This document shows positions 19,171 to 29,282 of a DNA stretch of 64,000 bases, piece after piece (within the stretch, counting starts at the first letter, position 1; each line of letters opens with the position of its first letter). Source of the DNA: Alphaproteobacteria bacterium. GTDB taxonomy: Bacteria > Pseudomonadota > Alphaproteobacteria > GCA-2731375. The position numbers were made by a program, and so were the translations under genes. The notes below the pieces were generated by a model. The model worked only from the letters and a program-made list of their open reading frames with translations, ran no database searches and was not told the origin of the DNA. The stretch covers positions 96,001 through 160,000 of the forward strand of contig CBDDBZ010000033.1 in assembly GCA_965225945.1 (NCBI GenBank), written 5' to 3'.

Positions 19171-20722
19171 ATGACGCGATATCGCATTGCCTTCGCCGCC
19201 GCGGCTATTTTTCTCCTCTTTCCTCTCTTCGCGCCGAGCGGTGGCGCGCAGGAGGTTCAGCGGATCTTCGCGCCGAGCGGTGGCGCGCAGGAGGTTCAGC
19301 GGATCTTCGCGCCGAGCGGTGGCGCGCAGGAGGTTCAGCGGATCTTCGCGCCCGACGACGGTCATAAGCGGCTTCGCTGGAACGAGGAGGTGATCATCTT
19401 CGCGCCGAGCGGTGGCGCGACGCGGATCTTCGCGCCGAGCGGTCGATTCGGATCCTTCGCGCCGAGCGGTGGCGAGGAGGTTCAGCGGATCTTCGCGCCG
19501 AGCGCGCGCGCAGGAGGTTCAGCGGATCTTCGCGCCGAGCGGTGGCGCGCAGGAGGTTCAGCGGATCGCCGCCATCGTCAACGACGAGGTCATAAGCGGC
19601 TTCGATCTGGAACGACGGGTGGAGCTGATCATCCGCTCGACGCAAGCGGTCGATTCGCTCCAAGCGCGCCAGCGCTTGCGACCCAAGGCCTTGGGTATCC
19701 TGATCGACGAAAAGTTGCGCATTCAAGCCGCGGCCCGCCTCAACCTCAGGGTGAGCGATCGCGACATGGCCCAGGCCGTCCGCCGGCTGGAGCGTCAGAA
19801 CGATGTCCCCGAGGGCGAATTTGACAACTTCATGCAGGCCAATGGCTTCGATCGCGATTCCTTGCTGCAGCAGATGCGCGCGGAGATCGCCTGGGGCAAG
19901 TTTCTCCGCCGCCAGGCCACGCCCGTCTCCGACGACGAGGTGGACGAGGAGCTGTCACGGCTACAGGCCGACATCGGCAAGCCGGAGTATCTGATTTCGG
20001 AGATATTCTTGCCCGTCGCCTCCGCCTCCAACGAGGCGGAGATCCAGCGCTTGGCGCGAGAGCTGGTGGCGCAGCTCGACGGCGGCTCCGCCTTCGGCGC
20101 CATCGCGCGTCAGTATTCCCGGGGCGCCACCGCGCACGACGGTGGCCGCGTCGGCTGGATCAAGGTGGATCAGTTGGCGGACGAACTGGCCAAGGCCGTT
20201 CGCACCCTTCCGCCCGGCGGCCGGAGCGAGCCGATCCGGACCCTCGGCGGTTACTACATCCTTCAACTGCAGCGCCAGCGCCGCTTCCTCGTCGCCGACG
20301 CGAGCCAAGCACGGGTGCGACTGCGCCAAGTCAGCATCACCGTCTCGCGTTCCGGCAAGGCGGGCGCGGCGCGGCGTCTGGCCGAGGAACTCCGCGCCTC
20401 GGTCCGGGGCTGCGCCGCCATCACCGGTGCCGTCCAGGCGCGGGACGACGCGGTCGCGGACGATCTCGGCACGCTGCCGTTGGCGCAACTCTCGCCCCAG
20501 ATCCAGAGCGCGATCAAGCAACTGCCCGTCGGCCGGTTCAGCGCGCCGATCGAGCTCTCCGATTTAGTGTTGCTGCTGATGGTGTGCGAGCGCGAGCAAC
20601 AATCCACCAAGTTGCCGGAACGCGACGACGTTGCCGCGGAACTGGGCCGGCGCCAGCTGCACAAGCTCTCCCAGCGTTTTATTCGCGACCTCCGGCGCGA
20701 CGCCATGGTGGAGTATCGGTGA
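19171..20722 (+). CDS. surA: SurA-like periplasmic chaperone/PPIase, 5' end disrupted by a 39-bp tandem array (apparent frameshift)
   Basis: Signal peptide from 19171, RIAAIVNDEVIS, FGAIARQYS...GGRVGW and IRDLRRDAMVEYR. Lies upstream of pdxA-rsmA. Confidence 0.8.
19226..19565 (+). repeat. 39-bp tandem repeat (FAPSGGAQEVQRI), partly garbled
   Basis: Three perfect copies at 19226-19342, degenerate or chimeric copies, then a final copy at about 19527-19565. Confidence 0.9.
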
Positions 20723-21747
20723 GCGCGCGCGGGCCGGAGGCGCCTCCCCTCGCCCTGACCATGGGCGAGCCCGCAGGCATCGGTGGCGAAATCACGCTCC
20801 GGGCCTGGCACGCCCGCGACAAATTCACCCTCCCCCGGTTTTTCGCGATTGACGACCCCGCGCGCCTCGAAGCGGTGGCCGCCGCCATGGGGCTAGCCGT
20901 GCCGATCGCGGTGATCGACGCGCCGGAACAGGCGGGGGCACGCTTTTCCGGCGCGCTGCCGGTTTTGCCCTTGTCACTCGCGATCCCGACGGTCCCGGGC
21001 CGGCCCGACCCGAGGAACGCGCCTGCGACCTGCCGCGCGATCGAACTGGCGGTGGAACTGACCCGGGCCGGCAGGACCACCGGCATGGTCACCAACCCGA
21101 TCCAGAAGGCGACCCTCTACGAGGCCGGTTTCCGCCATCAGGGCCATACCGATTATCTGGCCGCCCTTCTCGGGGCCAAGAGCGAACCGGTGATGATGCT
21201 GGCCGCGCCAGGGCTGAAGGTGGTGCCGGTGACGATCCATCTGTCGCTGGGCCAAGCCGTGGAGAGCTTGACGACGGCGGTGATCCTGCACGCCGCGCGG
21301 GTGAGCGAGGCGGCGCTGCGCGACGATTTTGCCATCGCGCGACCCCGGCTCGCGATCGCCGGGCTCAATCCGCACGCCGGCGAGGCCGGCGCGCTCGGGC
21401 GCGAGGAGATCGAGATCATCGCACCGGCGATCGAGGCGCTGAGACGCGAAGGGATGGACGTCGTCGGCCCCATGGTCCCCGACGCGATGTTCCACGCCGG
21501 CGCCCGAGCCGGCTACGACGCGGCGATCTGCATGTATCACGACCAGGCATTGATTCCGCTGAAGACGCTGGACTTCGAAAATGGCGTCAACCTGACCCTG
21601 GGCCTCGCCATCGTCCGCACCTCGCCCGATCACGGTACCGCGCTCGACATCGCGGGCCAGGGGCGCGCCAGCGCGGCGAGCTTGATCCAGGCCATTCGGC
21701 TCGCGGGCGAGATTGGCGCCCGGCGGCGGGCGGCGGCGGAGCGATGA
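20719..21747 (+). CDS. pdxA: 4-hydroxythreonine-4-phosphate dehydrogenase
   Basis: TMGEPAGIG, GHTDYL, LNPHAGE, MYHDQALIP and RTSPDHGTA motifs. Confidence 0.96.
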   Translation: MSARGPEAPPLALTMGEPAGIGGEITLRAWHARDKFTLPRFFAIDDPARLEAVAAAMGLAVPIAVIDAPEQAGARFSGALPVLPLSLAIPTVPGRPDPRNAPATCRAIELAVELTRAGRTTGMVTNPIQKATLYEAGFRHQGHTDYLAALLGAKSEPVMMLAAPGLKVVPVTIHLSLGQAVESLTTAVILHAARVSEAALRDDFAIARPRLAIAGLNPHAGEAGALGREEIEIIAPAIEALRREGMDVVGPMVPDAMFHAGARAGYDAAICMYHDQALIPLKTLDFENGVNLTLGLAIVRTSPDHGTALDIAGQGRASAASLIQAIRLAGEIGARRRAAAER

Positions 21748-22589
21748 GCGAGGCGGTCCCGGCCCTGCCGCCCTTGCGCGAGGTGATCCGCGCGCACGGC
21801 ATAATCGCGCGCCGCGGGCTCGGGCAACATTTCCTGCTCGACGGCAACCTCACCACCAGAATTGCCCGCGCGGCGGCCCCGCTGGATGAACTCGACGTGC
21901 TGGAGGTCGGCCCCGGCCCCGGCGGGCTGACCCGTGCGCTGCTGGACGAGGGCGCGCGCCGCGTGGTCGCCATCGAGCGTGATTCCCGATGCATCGAGGC
22001 CCTCTCGGCGCTCCGCGCGCGATATCCCGAGCGCCTGCATCTGGTCGAGGGCGATGCCTTGGAGGTCGATTCCGCCAGCCTGCTCGGCGACGCGGCCTGC
22101 GTCGTCGCCAACCTTCCCTACAACATCGCGACGCCCTTGCTCTTCGGCTGGCTCGACGGGGGGACGCGCTATCGCCATCTGACGGTGATGGTGCAGAAGG
22201 AGGTGGCCGCCCGGCTGGTCGCGGTACCCGAGACCAAGAGTTACGGTCGCCTCGCGGTTGCGACCCAGTGGCGGGCCGAGGCTCGTGCCCTCTTCGACGT
22301 CCCCGCCCGCGCCTTCACGCCGCCCCCCAAGGTGACCTCGACGGTGGTTCGCCTGACGCCGAGGCAGGCCCCCCTCGCGCCGGCACCGGCGAAAGCGCTG
22401 CACGACGTGGTGAAGGCGGCCTTTGGCCAGCGGCGCAAAATGCTCAGGGCGAGCCTGAAGGCGGTCGCCTCCGATAGCGAGGCGCTGCTGGCGGCGGCCG
22501 GGATCGAGCCCACGCGCCGGGCCGAGTCTCTCGCCATCGAGGAGTTCTGCGCGCTCGCCCGCCAGCTCGCCATCGACCGGGAGGATTGA
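21744..22589 (+). CDS. rsmA: 16S rRNA m6,2A1518/1519 dimethyltransferase
   Basis: LGQHFL, EVGPGPGGLT, ANLPYNI, QKEVA and FGQRRKMLR motifs. Confidence 0.96.
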   Translation: MSEAVPALPPLREVIRAHGIIARRGLGQHFLLDGNLTTRIARAAAPLDELDVLEVGPGPGGLTRALLDEGARRVVAIERDSRCIEALSALRARYPERLHLVEGDALEVDSASLLGDAACVVANLPYNIATPLLFGWLDGGTRYRHLTVMVQKEVAARLVAVPETKSYGRLAVATQWRAEARALFDVPARAFTPPPKVTSTVVRLTPRQAPLAPAPAKALHDVVKAAFGQRRKMLRASLKAVASDSEALLAAAGIEPTRRAESLAIEEFCALARQLAIDRED

Positions 22590-22593
22590 GCGC

Positions 22594-23391
22594 TCACCCC
22601 GCGCCGCGCGGGCGCCCGAGCGCCGCCTCGCAGGCGCCGGGCGGGCCGGTGTCGAGCCGCGCCTCGATCTCCCCACGTTGCTGCTTCGAGAGGCGCTCGA
22701 CGAGCCGGCGGCGCTCTTCGTCCAGCACCTCTTCCCCCGCCAACTCGGCCAGACGGAGCCACTTGTAGGCGGCGGCGGGATCGCTTCCCCCGGCCTCGCC
22801 GTCGCCCATGAAAATGCGCGCCAGGCGAAGCCGCGCCTGCCCCTCGCCGGCTCGCGCGGCGCGGCAGAGCTCGATCGATTGGAACGAACGCGTCGGATCG
22901 AGCGGGTGACAGGCGGCCTCGCTCGGCGCCAGTCGGTCGGCCAGGATCTCAGCGTCTTCCCTGCCCCGCCCCCAGCCGAGACAGACGGGCCGTCCGTCGG
23001 AATCGTAGACGATCCCCACCAGCGACTTTCGGCGACGATATTCCTCGTAGAGGCGGAACGGTTGGCTCACCAGATAGAGCGCCACGGCACCGGCAAGCAG
23101 GATCAAGCAGCCCTCGTTCGAACAGCGCAGGCCTGCCGTCAGGCCGCGCGACGAGGCGCCGACGGCTGAGCGCCCGGCGCGATAGACGGCGACCACCCGG
23201 GCGCCCCCGCCGCGAATGGCGAGGGGAGCGCCGAGCCGGCGTTCGATGCCGCTTCGCCCGAGGGCGCCGTCGATGGCGCGGGCCGGTCCCGGCGGCGCGG
23301 CGCTGGAGACGAAGAGGTCGCAGGCGGCGAGCTGGAGGACGAGCCCGGCCGCGACCAGAACGCGCCCGGCACCAGCCGCTCGCTGGCTCAT
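22594..23391 (-). CDS. Hypothetical lipoprotein with C-terminal Sel1-like segment
   Basis: Lipobox LAAC, GGAGG ribosome-binding site and AYKWLRLAE motif. Confidence 0.6.
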   Translation of the reverse strand: MSQRAAGAGRVLVAAGLVLQLAACDLFVSSAAPPGPARAIDGALGRSGIERRLGAPLAIRGGGARVVAVYRAGRSAVGASSRGLTAGLRCSNEGCLILLAGAVALYLVSQPFRLYEEYRRRKSLVGIVYDSDGRPVCLGWGRGREDAEILADRLAPSEAACHPLDPTRSFQSIELCRAARAGEGQARLRLARIFMGDGEAGGSDPAAAYKWLRLAELAGEEVLDEERRRLVERLSKQQRGEIEARLDTGPPGACEAALGRPRGAG

Positions 23392-23644
23392 GTGATGCCT
23401 CCTCCAAGAGGGGGCGGGCAGCCCCTAGATAGCTCCATTCGCGGCACTGCGTCCGTTGTACCTGCGCCGAGAACCTGCACCATACCAAGGCCCGAATTTC
23501 CGGGCCTTCGGTCTTTGGTGCATAACTCGCGAATTGTGTACCAGTACGATGATTCAGGGTTCACCAAAAAGCAGGCGTTCAAACCGGTGGACGGATGCGC
23601 ATATGAGTTGGCGATCCACCCAGGATTTATGGTACAATATCAAT

Positions 23645-23848
23645 ATGATGACCAAGGCCGAGAAACATCAGCGCCTGCGTGAGGCGATGCATAGCTCCGC
23701 GATCGAGGGGCTTCCCCTGACAGATGATGAGCGGAAGGTCCTGGAGTACTTCGTTGACAATAACGTGCCCGAGGACGAGCACGATCGCCTGGCACTGATG
23801 TACTTGGCCGGGCAATGGGCACCGCCGCGGCTAGAGGCGGCGGAGTGA
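23645..23848 (+). CDS. VbhA/FicA-type antitoxin
   Basis: 67 aa with the (S/T)xxxE(G/N) inhibitory motif SSAIEG. Stop overlaps a Fic-like start. TACAAT at 23633-23638 just upstream. Confidence 0.75.
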   Translation: MMTKAEKHQRLREAMHSSAIEGLPLTDDERKVLEYFVDNNVPEDEHDRLALMYLAGQWAPPRLEAAE

Positions 23849-24040
23849 GCGAGGGCGAAGACCCTTACGTCTATCCCGGTACGAGACGGAGGAGCTGGCC
23901 GAGGTGGTGCTGGTCGACCATTCCTATGCGGGCCTGCCGATCACCGGCACGGCGGACACGCTGGCCGGCCGAGTGGCGGCGCTGGTCTACCTCGATGCCT
24001 TCACGCCGGAAGATGGTGAATCGGGCATGAGCATCAGAAC
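23845..24040 (+). pseudogene. Deletion junction: Fic toxin N-terminus joined to an alpha/beta-hydrolase fragment
   Basis: VSEGEDPYVYPGT, then in another frame VVLVDHSYAGLPITG...LVYLDAFTPEDGES. Confidence 0.7.
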
Positions 24041-24183
24041 CCGCGAACCCGGCGCCGCGATGCCATCCACAACATTTGGATGACGGAACCGGACTGGCTT
24101 CTCGACATTCTGCGCAGCCATGCCCTTTGAGACGGGTTGGCGTATAACAACCACGTGGCGACGAACAACCGGGCGACGGCACC

Positions 24184-25038
24184 ATGAAGCGAAACAGCCA
24201 TATCGAGGTCGCGCCGCTCTCCGGCGCGCTCGGCGCGGAGATCTCCGGCGTCGACCTCTCGGAACCCTTGGAGGACGCGGTCTTCGAGGACATCAGAGAG
24301 GCCCTCCACGAGCACCTGGTGATATGCTTCCGCGAGCAACATTTGACGCCCGAGCAGCACAAGGACTTCGGCCGCCGTTTCGGGCCGCTCAACGTCCACC
24401 CGCACTACCGGCCCGTCGAGGGCCACCCCGAAATCCTGCCGATTCTCAAGCAGCCGGGGGACACCGGCAACATCGGCGGGGCCTGGCATTCGGACGTGAG
24501 CTTCCTGGAACGGCCCTCGCTCGGCTCCCTGCTCTATGCGCTAGAGGTGCCGCGCCACGGCGGCGACACCCTGTTCGCCAACCAGTACCTCGCCTATGAG
24601 ACACTTTCGGAAGGAATGCGTGGGCTGCTGGACGAGTTGTCCGCGGTCCACAGCGACGCCGTGTTGAGCCGGCCGGAGAACAAGACGCGCGCCAACGCCG
24701 AGCGTTCGACCAAGCTCAAGGAAGAAGAGCTCACGGAGGAGGTGGAGAACGTCCACCCGGTGATCCGCGCTCACGGCGACACGGGGCGCCGCTGCCTCTA
24801 CGTCAATAGCGCCTTCACCCGACGCTTCCAGGAGATGACGGTGGCGGAGAGCCGGCCGCTCTTGGAGTTCCTTTACGATCACGCGGTCCGGCCCGAGTTC
24901 ACCTGCCGCGTGGCTTGGGAAAAGGACATGCTGGTGATGTGGGACAATCGCTGCACGCAGCACTATGCGCTGAACGACTATCCGGGCCAGCGCCGCGCCA
25001 TGCACAGGGTGACGGTGGAGGGCGAACGGCCGCGCTGA
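24184..25038 (+). CDS. TauD/TfdA-family 2-oxoglutarate/Fe(II) dioxygenase
   Basis: WHSDVSF, GGDTLFAN, HPVIRAH and WDNRCTQHYA motifs. Confidence 0.92.
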   Translation: MKRNSHIEVAPLSGALGAEISGVDLSEPLEDAVFEDIREALHEHLVICFREQHLTPEQHKDFGRRFGPLNVHPHYRPVEGHPEILPILKQPGDTGNIGGAWHSDVSFLERPSLGSLLYALEVPRHGGDTLFANQYLAYETLSEGMRGLLDELSAVHSDAVLSRPENKTRANAERSTKLKEEELTEEVENVHPVIRAHGDTGRRCLYVNSAFTRRFQEMTVAESRPLLEFLYDHAVRPEFTCRVAWEKDMLVMWDNRCTQHYALNDYPGQRRAMHRVTVEGERPR

Positions 25039-25062
25039 GGCGGCCGGTTCGGACCGCGGGCG

Positions 25063-25893
25063 GTGACCAGCGACGTCGCGATCCTGATTCCCTGTCATCG
25101 CGCCGAGGCCACCATCGCACGCGCGGTCCGGAGCGCGCTGGTTCAGACCCACCGTGCCATCGAGATCGTCTTGGCGCCCGACGACGGCGTCGACTATTTG
25201 GCTCTGTTGGCCGGACTCGGCATTGACGACGAGCGGATCCGCCAAGCGCCGCTCGGCCCGGTTCACTCCGGCCCCTCTCGCGCCCGCAACCGGGCCCTCG
25301 CCGAGACTTGCACCGCCTTCGTGGCGCCACTCGACGCCGACGACACGTTGGCGCCGAGCTATATCGGCGAACTCCTGAGCGCGGCCCAAAAAGACGGTGC
25401 CGCCGCCGCGTTGTTGGAGGCGCGATTGGCCGACGGGCGCCGTATCACCAATCCGGCGGAGAGCGACGAAAACCCGACGCTCGAGTGGCGCGATATCGTG
25501 CTTTCGGACTTTCCGATCTTCTTTCTGGCGCGCCGAGAACTCCTGTCCCGGGGCTGGCCCGAGGAGCTGCGCTTCGCCGAGGATCTGGTGGTGAACCTGG
25601 AGCTCAAGGGGCGGGCGCCGCGTTACCGGCTCGCGCCGCTTGCGCGCTACCTCTACACCATCGGCGACGATACGCTGACCACCGCCTCGACAGCGGGGAG
25701 CGATGCCGATTCGGACTACGAGCGCATAATCGCGCTGGTCGAGGCCGGCGCGCTGCCGCTTCGCGAGGACGCGCGGAGCCGTGTCGTCGGCTGGATTGCC
25801 GAGAAGCGCGCGCGCAACGCTGCCTACCAGGCCGCGCGTCGCAACGGCTTCGAGGGCACGTTCTACGATTTCAGGCTATCGGCGGGGCGCTAG
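25063..25893 (+). CDS. Glycosyltransferase family 2
   Basis: ILIPCH, GPSRARN, LDADD and AED motifs. Confidence 0.8.
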   Translation: MTSDVAILIPCHRAEATIARAVRSALVQTHRAIEIVLAPDDGVDYLALLAGLGIDDERIRQAPLGPVHSGPSRARNRALAETCTAFVAPLDADDTLAPSYIGELLSAAQKDGAAAALLEARLADGRRITNPAESDENPTLEWRDIVLSDFPIFFLARRELLSRGWPEELRFAEDLVVNLELKGRAPRYRLAPLARYLYTIGDDTLTTASTAGSDADSDYERIIALVEAGALPLREDARSRVVGWIAEKRARNAAYQAARRNGFEGTFYDFRLSAGR

Positions 25894-25905
25894 CGCGCCG
25901 AGCGC

Positions 25906-26433
25906 TCAACGCAGCAGCAGACGGATGTTCTCGGCGAACTCGCCTTGCTCGTCGAGGACGTTGATGATCTCGCCCTCGTTTTCGGTCTCGTAGACCTGTC
26001 CGACGAGCGCGGTCGTCACCGTCTCGCCATCATCGGATAGCGGCAGGAGGAGACGCACGGTGGTGTGCCACTTGCGCACGGCGTCGCCGTGCTCGCATTC
26101 ACAAAACAGACCACAGCCCTCGTTCACCATTTCCTTGTAGAGGCCGGTGACGTAATCCTTGAAGGTTCCGTCCGGCAGGACATCGCCGAGCAGTTTGCCG
26201 CGACTATCATGGCCGAGCGCGCTGGTCAGCGCGGCCCCCACCATGCGCAACCGGTAGGCGGTCCCGTCGGCCTCGACGTCGACCAGCATGATGTTGGGAA
26301 GCAGCTCGGTGATTTCCATGACGTCGATGTCCGCCATCGACGGCATCTCTCGTCCCTGCCGCTTCGAAAGCCAATAGTCATAAAGCTGCAACAAAATCTC
26401 GTCATCGATGATCTTGCTTATTCGGTCAAACAC
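25906..26433 (-). CDS. PAS-domain (PAS_5-like) protein
   Basis: LYDYWLSKRQGREMP, LLPNIMLVDV, YRLRMVG and RLLLPLSDDG. Start uncertain. Confidence 0.75.
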   Translation of the reverse strand: MFDRISKIIDDEILLQLYDYWLSKRQGREMPSMADIDVMEITELLPNIMLVDVEADGTAYRLRMVGAALTSALGHDSRGKLLGDVLPDGTFKDYVTGLYKEMVNEGCGLFCECEHGDAVRKWHTTVRLLLPLSDDGETVTTALVGQVYETENEGEIINVLDEQGEFAENIRLLLR

Positions 26434-26727
26434 GACGCAAATCCAGCCTAATTCCGGTTCTCTATGATTCTTCGCCGTCGAACGTCGCCCGTCAAGGAGA
26501 TCCCGGCAGCGTGATCCCCTCCCGCCGTCGTCATATTTGTAGACCGAGAGAAACACAGTCGCGTCCCTCTGTCAAAACCGAGAAGCAGGATTGGCCGCGC
26601 TCGGCCTGTGCCATTCGCCCGGCGGCGTAATCACCACGGGCCATGGTCTCTACTTGCCTTTCGATCGGGGAATGCATAATCCTGGGAACCGGGCGGTCCC
26701 GGCGCGAGCCGGCGACGAGGCTAGGGG

Positions 26728-28002
26728 ATGAAGTCGACGATGCCGATCGCGAATTGCTCGGACCCACACCGGCGAACATTCGCGCCGGGCGAGGTCGTTT
26801 TCGAGCAGAATGCGCCCGGCGACGTCGCCTACATCATCGAGCGTGGTCACGTGACGGTGACCCGGCGGCGGGGCGGGCGGGCGATCGACATCGCCAGCCT
26901 CGGCATCGGCGAAATCGTCGGCGAATCGGCCCTGATCGACGATCATCCCCGGACCGCGACGGCGACGGCGACCGTGGAGACCGAGGTCTTCATCGTCGAG
27001 CGCGATCTCTTGCAGCGCCACTTGGGAAAGGCCGATCCGCTGATCGCCATGCTGGTCCGCGTGCTGATCGACCGGCTGCGAACGGTGCAGCATCGTCTGA
27101 TTCCCTTCGAGGAGGACGAGTCGTCCTACCCGCCGGACGAGCGACGCCGCGCGCGTCGCCTGGCCGCGCCGGAAGCTTTGGCGCTGGGAGATTTCAAGCG
27201 CGAGCATGAATTGAAGCGCGGCATCGCCAGGGGTGAATTCGATCTGACGTTGCAACCGATCTTGCGCCTCGCGGACCGGCGCCTAGCGGGCTTCGAGGCC
27301 CTGATGGTGTGGCGACATCCGTCTCTGGGGCGGCTTACGCCGGCGGACTTCATCGATATCGCGGAACGCTCGGGCCTGGTCCGCGAGCTGGACGAATTGG
27401 CGCTCCGCTCGGCGATTTCGGCGCTGCACGAGATCGGGCGAGCCGTGGGCGCGCGCGCGCGCGAGTTGTCGTTCAGCGTCAATCTCTCCGGCGTCCATGC
27501 GGGTCAGGCGGCGACGGTGACGTGGATCGGCGACGTTTTGGCCGAGACCGGAACGCCGCCCGATCGCTTGACCCTCGAGATCACCGAGAGTTGGCTGGTC
27601 GGCGACCCCGAGGCGGCGGTCCAGACCCTGAGGGCGCTGAAGGACCTGGGCCTCCGTCTTGCCCTCGACGACTTCGGCACCGGATATTCCGGTCTCGCCT
27701 ATCTCCACAGCTTTCCCCTCGACTTCTTGAAGGTCGACCGTGGCTTCATCAGCGGGTTGCCGGGCGATGCCGGCGGCGCGCGGATCGCCGAGGCGATCAT
27801 CCGCCTCGCCGACACCTTCGGGCTCGCCGCGGTCGCCGAGGGGATCGACGATCCCCGCCAGCTGGAGGCACTGGACGCGATGGGCTGCGCCTTTGGACAA
27901 GGCTTCCTGTTCTCCCGGCCGCTCGACCTGAGCGACGCCATCGACTACGCCAGGCGGGGCGCATCCTCGCCAGCGGCCTCCACCGTGCTCGAAGGCGGTT
28001 GA
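26728..28002 (+). CDS. cNMP-binding domain + EAL c-di-GMP phosphodiesterase
   Basis: GEIVGE...PRTATA cyclic-nucleotide motif, then QPI...FEAL, LEITES, LDDFGTGYS, LKVD, AEG and QG. Confidence 0.9.
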   Translation: MKSTMPIANCSDPHRRTFAPGEVVFEQNAPGDVAYIIERGHVTVTRRRGGRAIDIASLGIGEIVGESALIDDHPRTATATATVETEVFIVERDLLQRHLGKADPLIAMLVRVLIDRLRTVQHRLIPFEEDESSYPPDERRRARRLAAPEALALGDFKREHELKRGIARGEFDLTLQPILRLADRRLAGFEALMVWRHPSLGRLTPADFIDIAERSGLVRELDELALRSAISALHEIGRAVGARARELSFSVNLSGVHAGQAATVTWIGDVLAETGTPPDRLTLEITESWLVGDPEAAVQTLRALKDLGLRLALDDFGTGYSGLAYLHSFPLDFLKVDRGFISGLPGDAGGARIAEAIIRLADTFGLAAVAEGIDDPRQLEALDAMGCAFGQGFLFSRPLDLSDAIDYARRGASSPAASTVLEGG

Positions 28003-28194
28003 CACCTCGCCGCGCGCCAAATAGACGACATGGCGGAGGCTCGCCCAAGCTGGAAATTCCGGCCTCGTTTGCCGTGGCATCTCGGTCAGGGCCATCGACA
28101 TAATGGTGAAGATTGGGCTAAACTCCTTCGGATATTTTTGGTTGACGGTCGTGGCCATCGCGGAATCGAGGCGGCGACCGGGGTGGGAGAGTGC

Positions 28195-28617
28195 ATGTTC
28201 GAAAAATTGAAGAAACTCGACCACATCCTGCAGACGACGCCGGAGGAACGGCGCCGCGAAGCGCGGGAGGGGGTCGAGGGTGGACTGGTCGTCGTCGACG
28301 GTGACGCCTACGCCCTCGCGGATTGGAGCGCGCATGGTTTTTGCGTCGCGGATTACACCGCCGAGCGGAAGCCCGGGGATCGTGTGGAAATGTACTTCTC
28401 AATCCCGATGGGGGATGAAACGCTGGAGTTCAAGTGCCGAACGGTGATCGCGCGCTATGATGCCAAAAAGAAAGAACTCGGCGGCATGTTCTCCAATCTG
28501 GACGATGAAATGCAGGATTTGATCGACGAGCATTTCAACGTCTTTTCCGCCAAGCGCTACAGCAAGCGGCGGCCTGATGCAAGGGTTGAAGTCGACGCTG
28601 AAACGCTCGGGCGATAA
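28195..28617 (+). CDS. PilZ-like domain protein
   Basis: ERRREAR (RxxxR) and DWSAHG (DxSxxG) motifs. Confidence 0.7.
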   Translation: MFEKLKKLDHILQTTPEERRREAREGVEGGLVVVDGDAYALADWSAHGFCVADYTAERKPGDRVEMYFSIPMGDETLEFKCRTVIARYDAKKKELGGMFSNLDDEMQDLIDEHFNVFSAKRYSKRRPDARVEVDAETLGR

Positions 28618-28779
28618 TGAGGATTAGCCTGATCGGCTGGCCATCTCCGCGATCGCGAATTCGGAGAATAGACCTCCGAAGGTTATCTGCGTAGGTCGTG
28701 CGAGTGTCGGGTGAATTCCCCGTGAAAATGTCCCTCGCTTCGCGTCACGTGTAGTTTTTCACACACTGGAATCGGCGAG

Positions 28780-29170
28780 AATGAGGCCCCGGGGCGACAA
28801 GCACCTCGACGAAACCGGCCTTCGCCGAGCTCGAGCGGAGCGCGGCGCTTGACAGCACCACCAGCAGCAAGCCGCCCGCCAGCGACGGCCTGCGCAAGAA
28901 GAGCGGAACCCAGAGGCGCACCCGAAGCCAGCGCGGCAAGTCCGGCAGGCCAAGCGGCGGCCAGCCGGGCCACAAGGGAACGACGCTGACCATGTTGTGG
29001 GGTTCGGGCTGCGGCGCACCGCTGTCGGACGCCGACCGTCGCCCGTCTGTCGACAGGTCTTCGATTGCCCGAGCCACGCCCCCTGGAGGTCACCGAACAC
29101 CGCGCCCATCGCTGCCTCTGCGGCGCCTGCGCCACCGTGACAGGAGCCGTCTTCCCGGACGGCTCGCCGC
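28780..29170 (+). mobile_element. Degraded IS66-family transposase remnant
   Basis: Frameshifted pieces SSKPPASDGL...GGQPGHKGTTL, RQVFD and EVTEHRAHRCLCGAC. Boundaries approximate. Confidence 0.75.
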
Positions 29171-29282
29171 CTCGAGGGTGGATTTGGCCGAATCAAACCG
29201 GGGAAAAGCACACCGACGAATCGAAGGAATTTAGTCACGATCAACGAATTCGATCTTTCGCCGCGCCTCGGGCGGTGCGGGT

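Noticed and set aside
19226-19565. CRISPR array
   Set aside because: Units are head-to-tail without unique spacers, are in frame within surA, and no cas genes are present.
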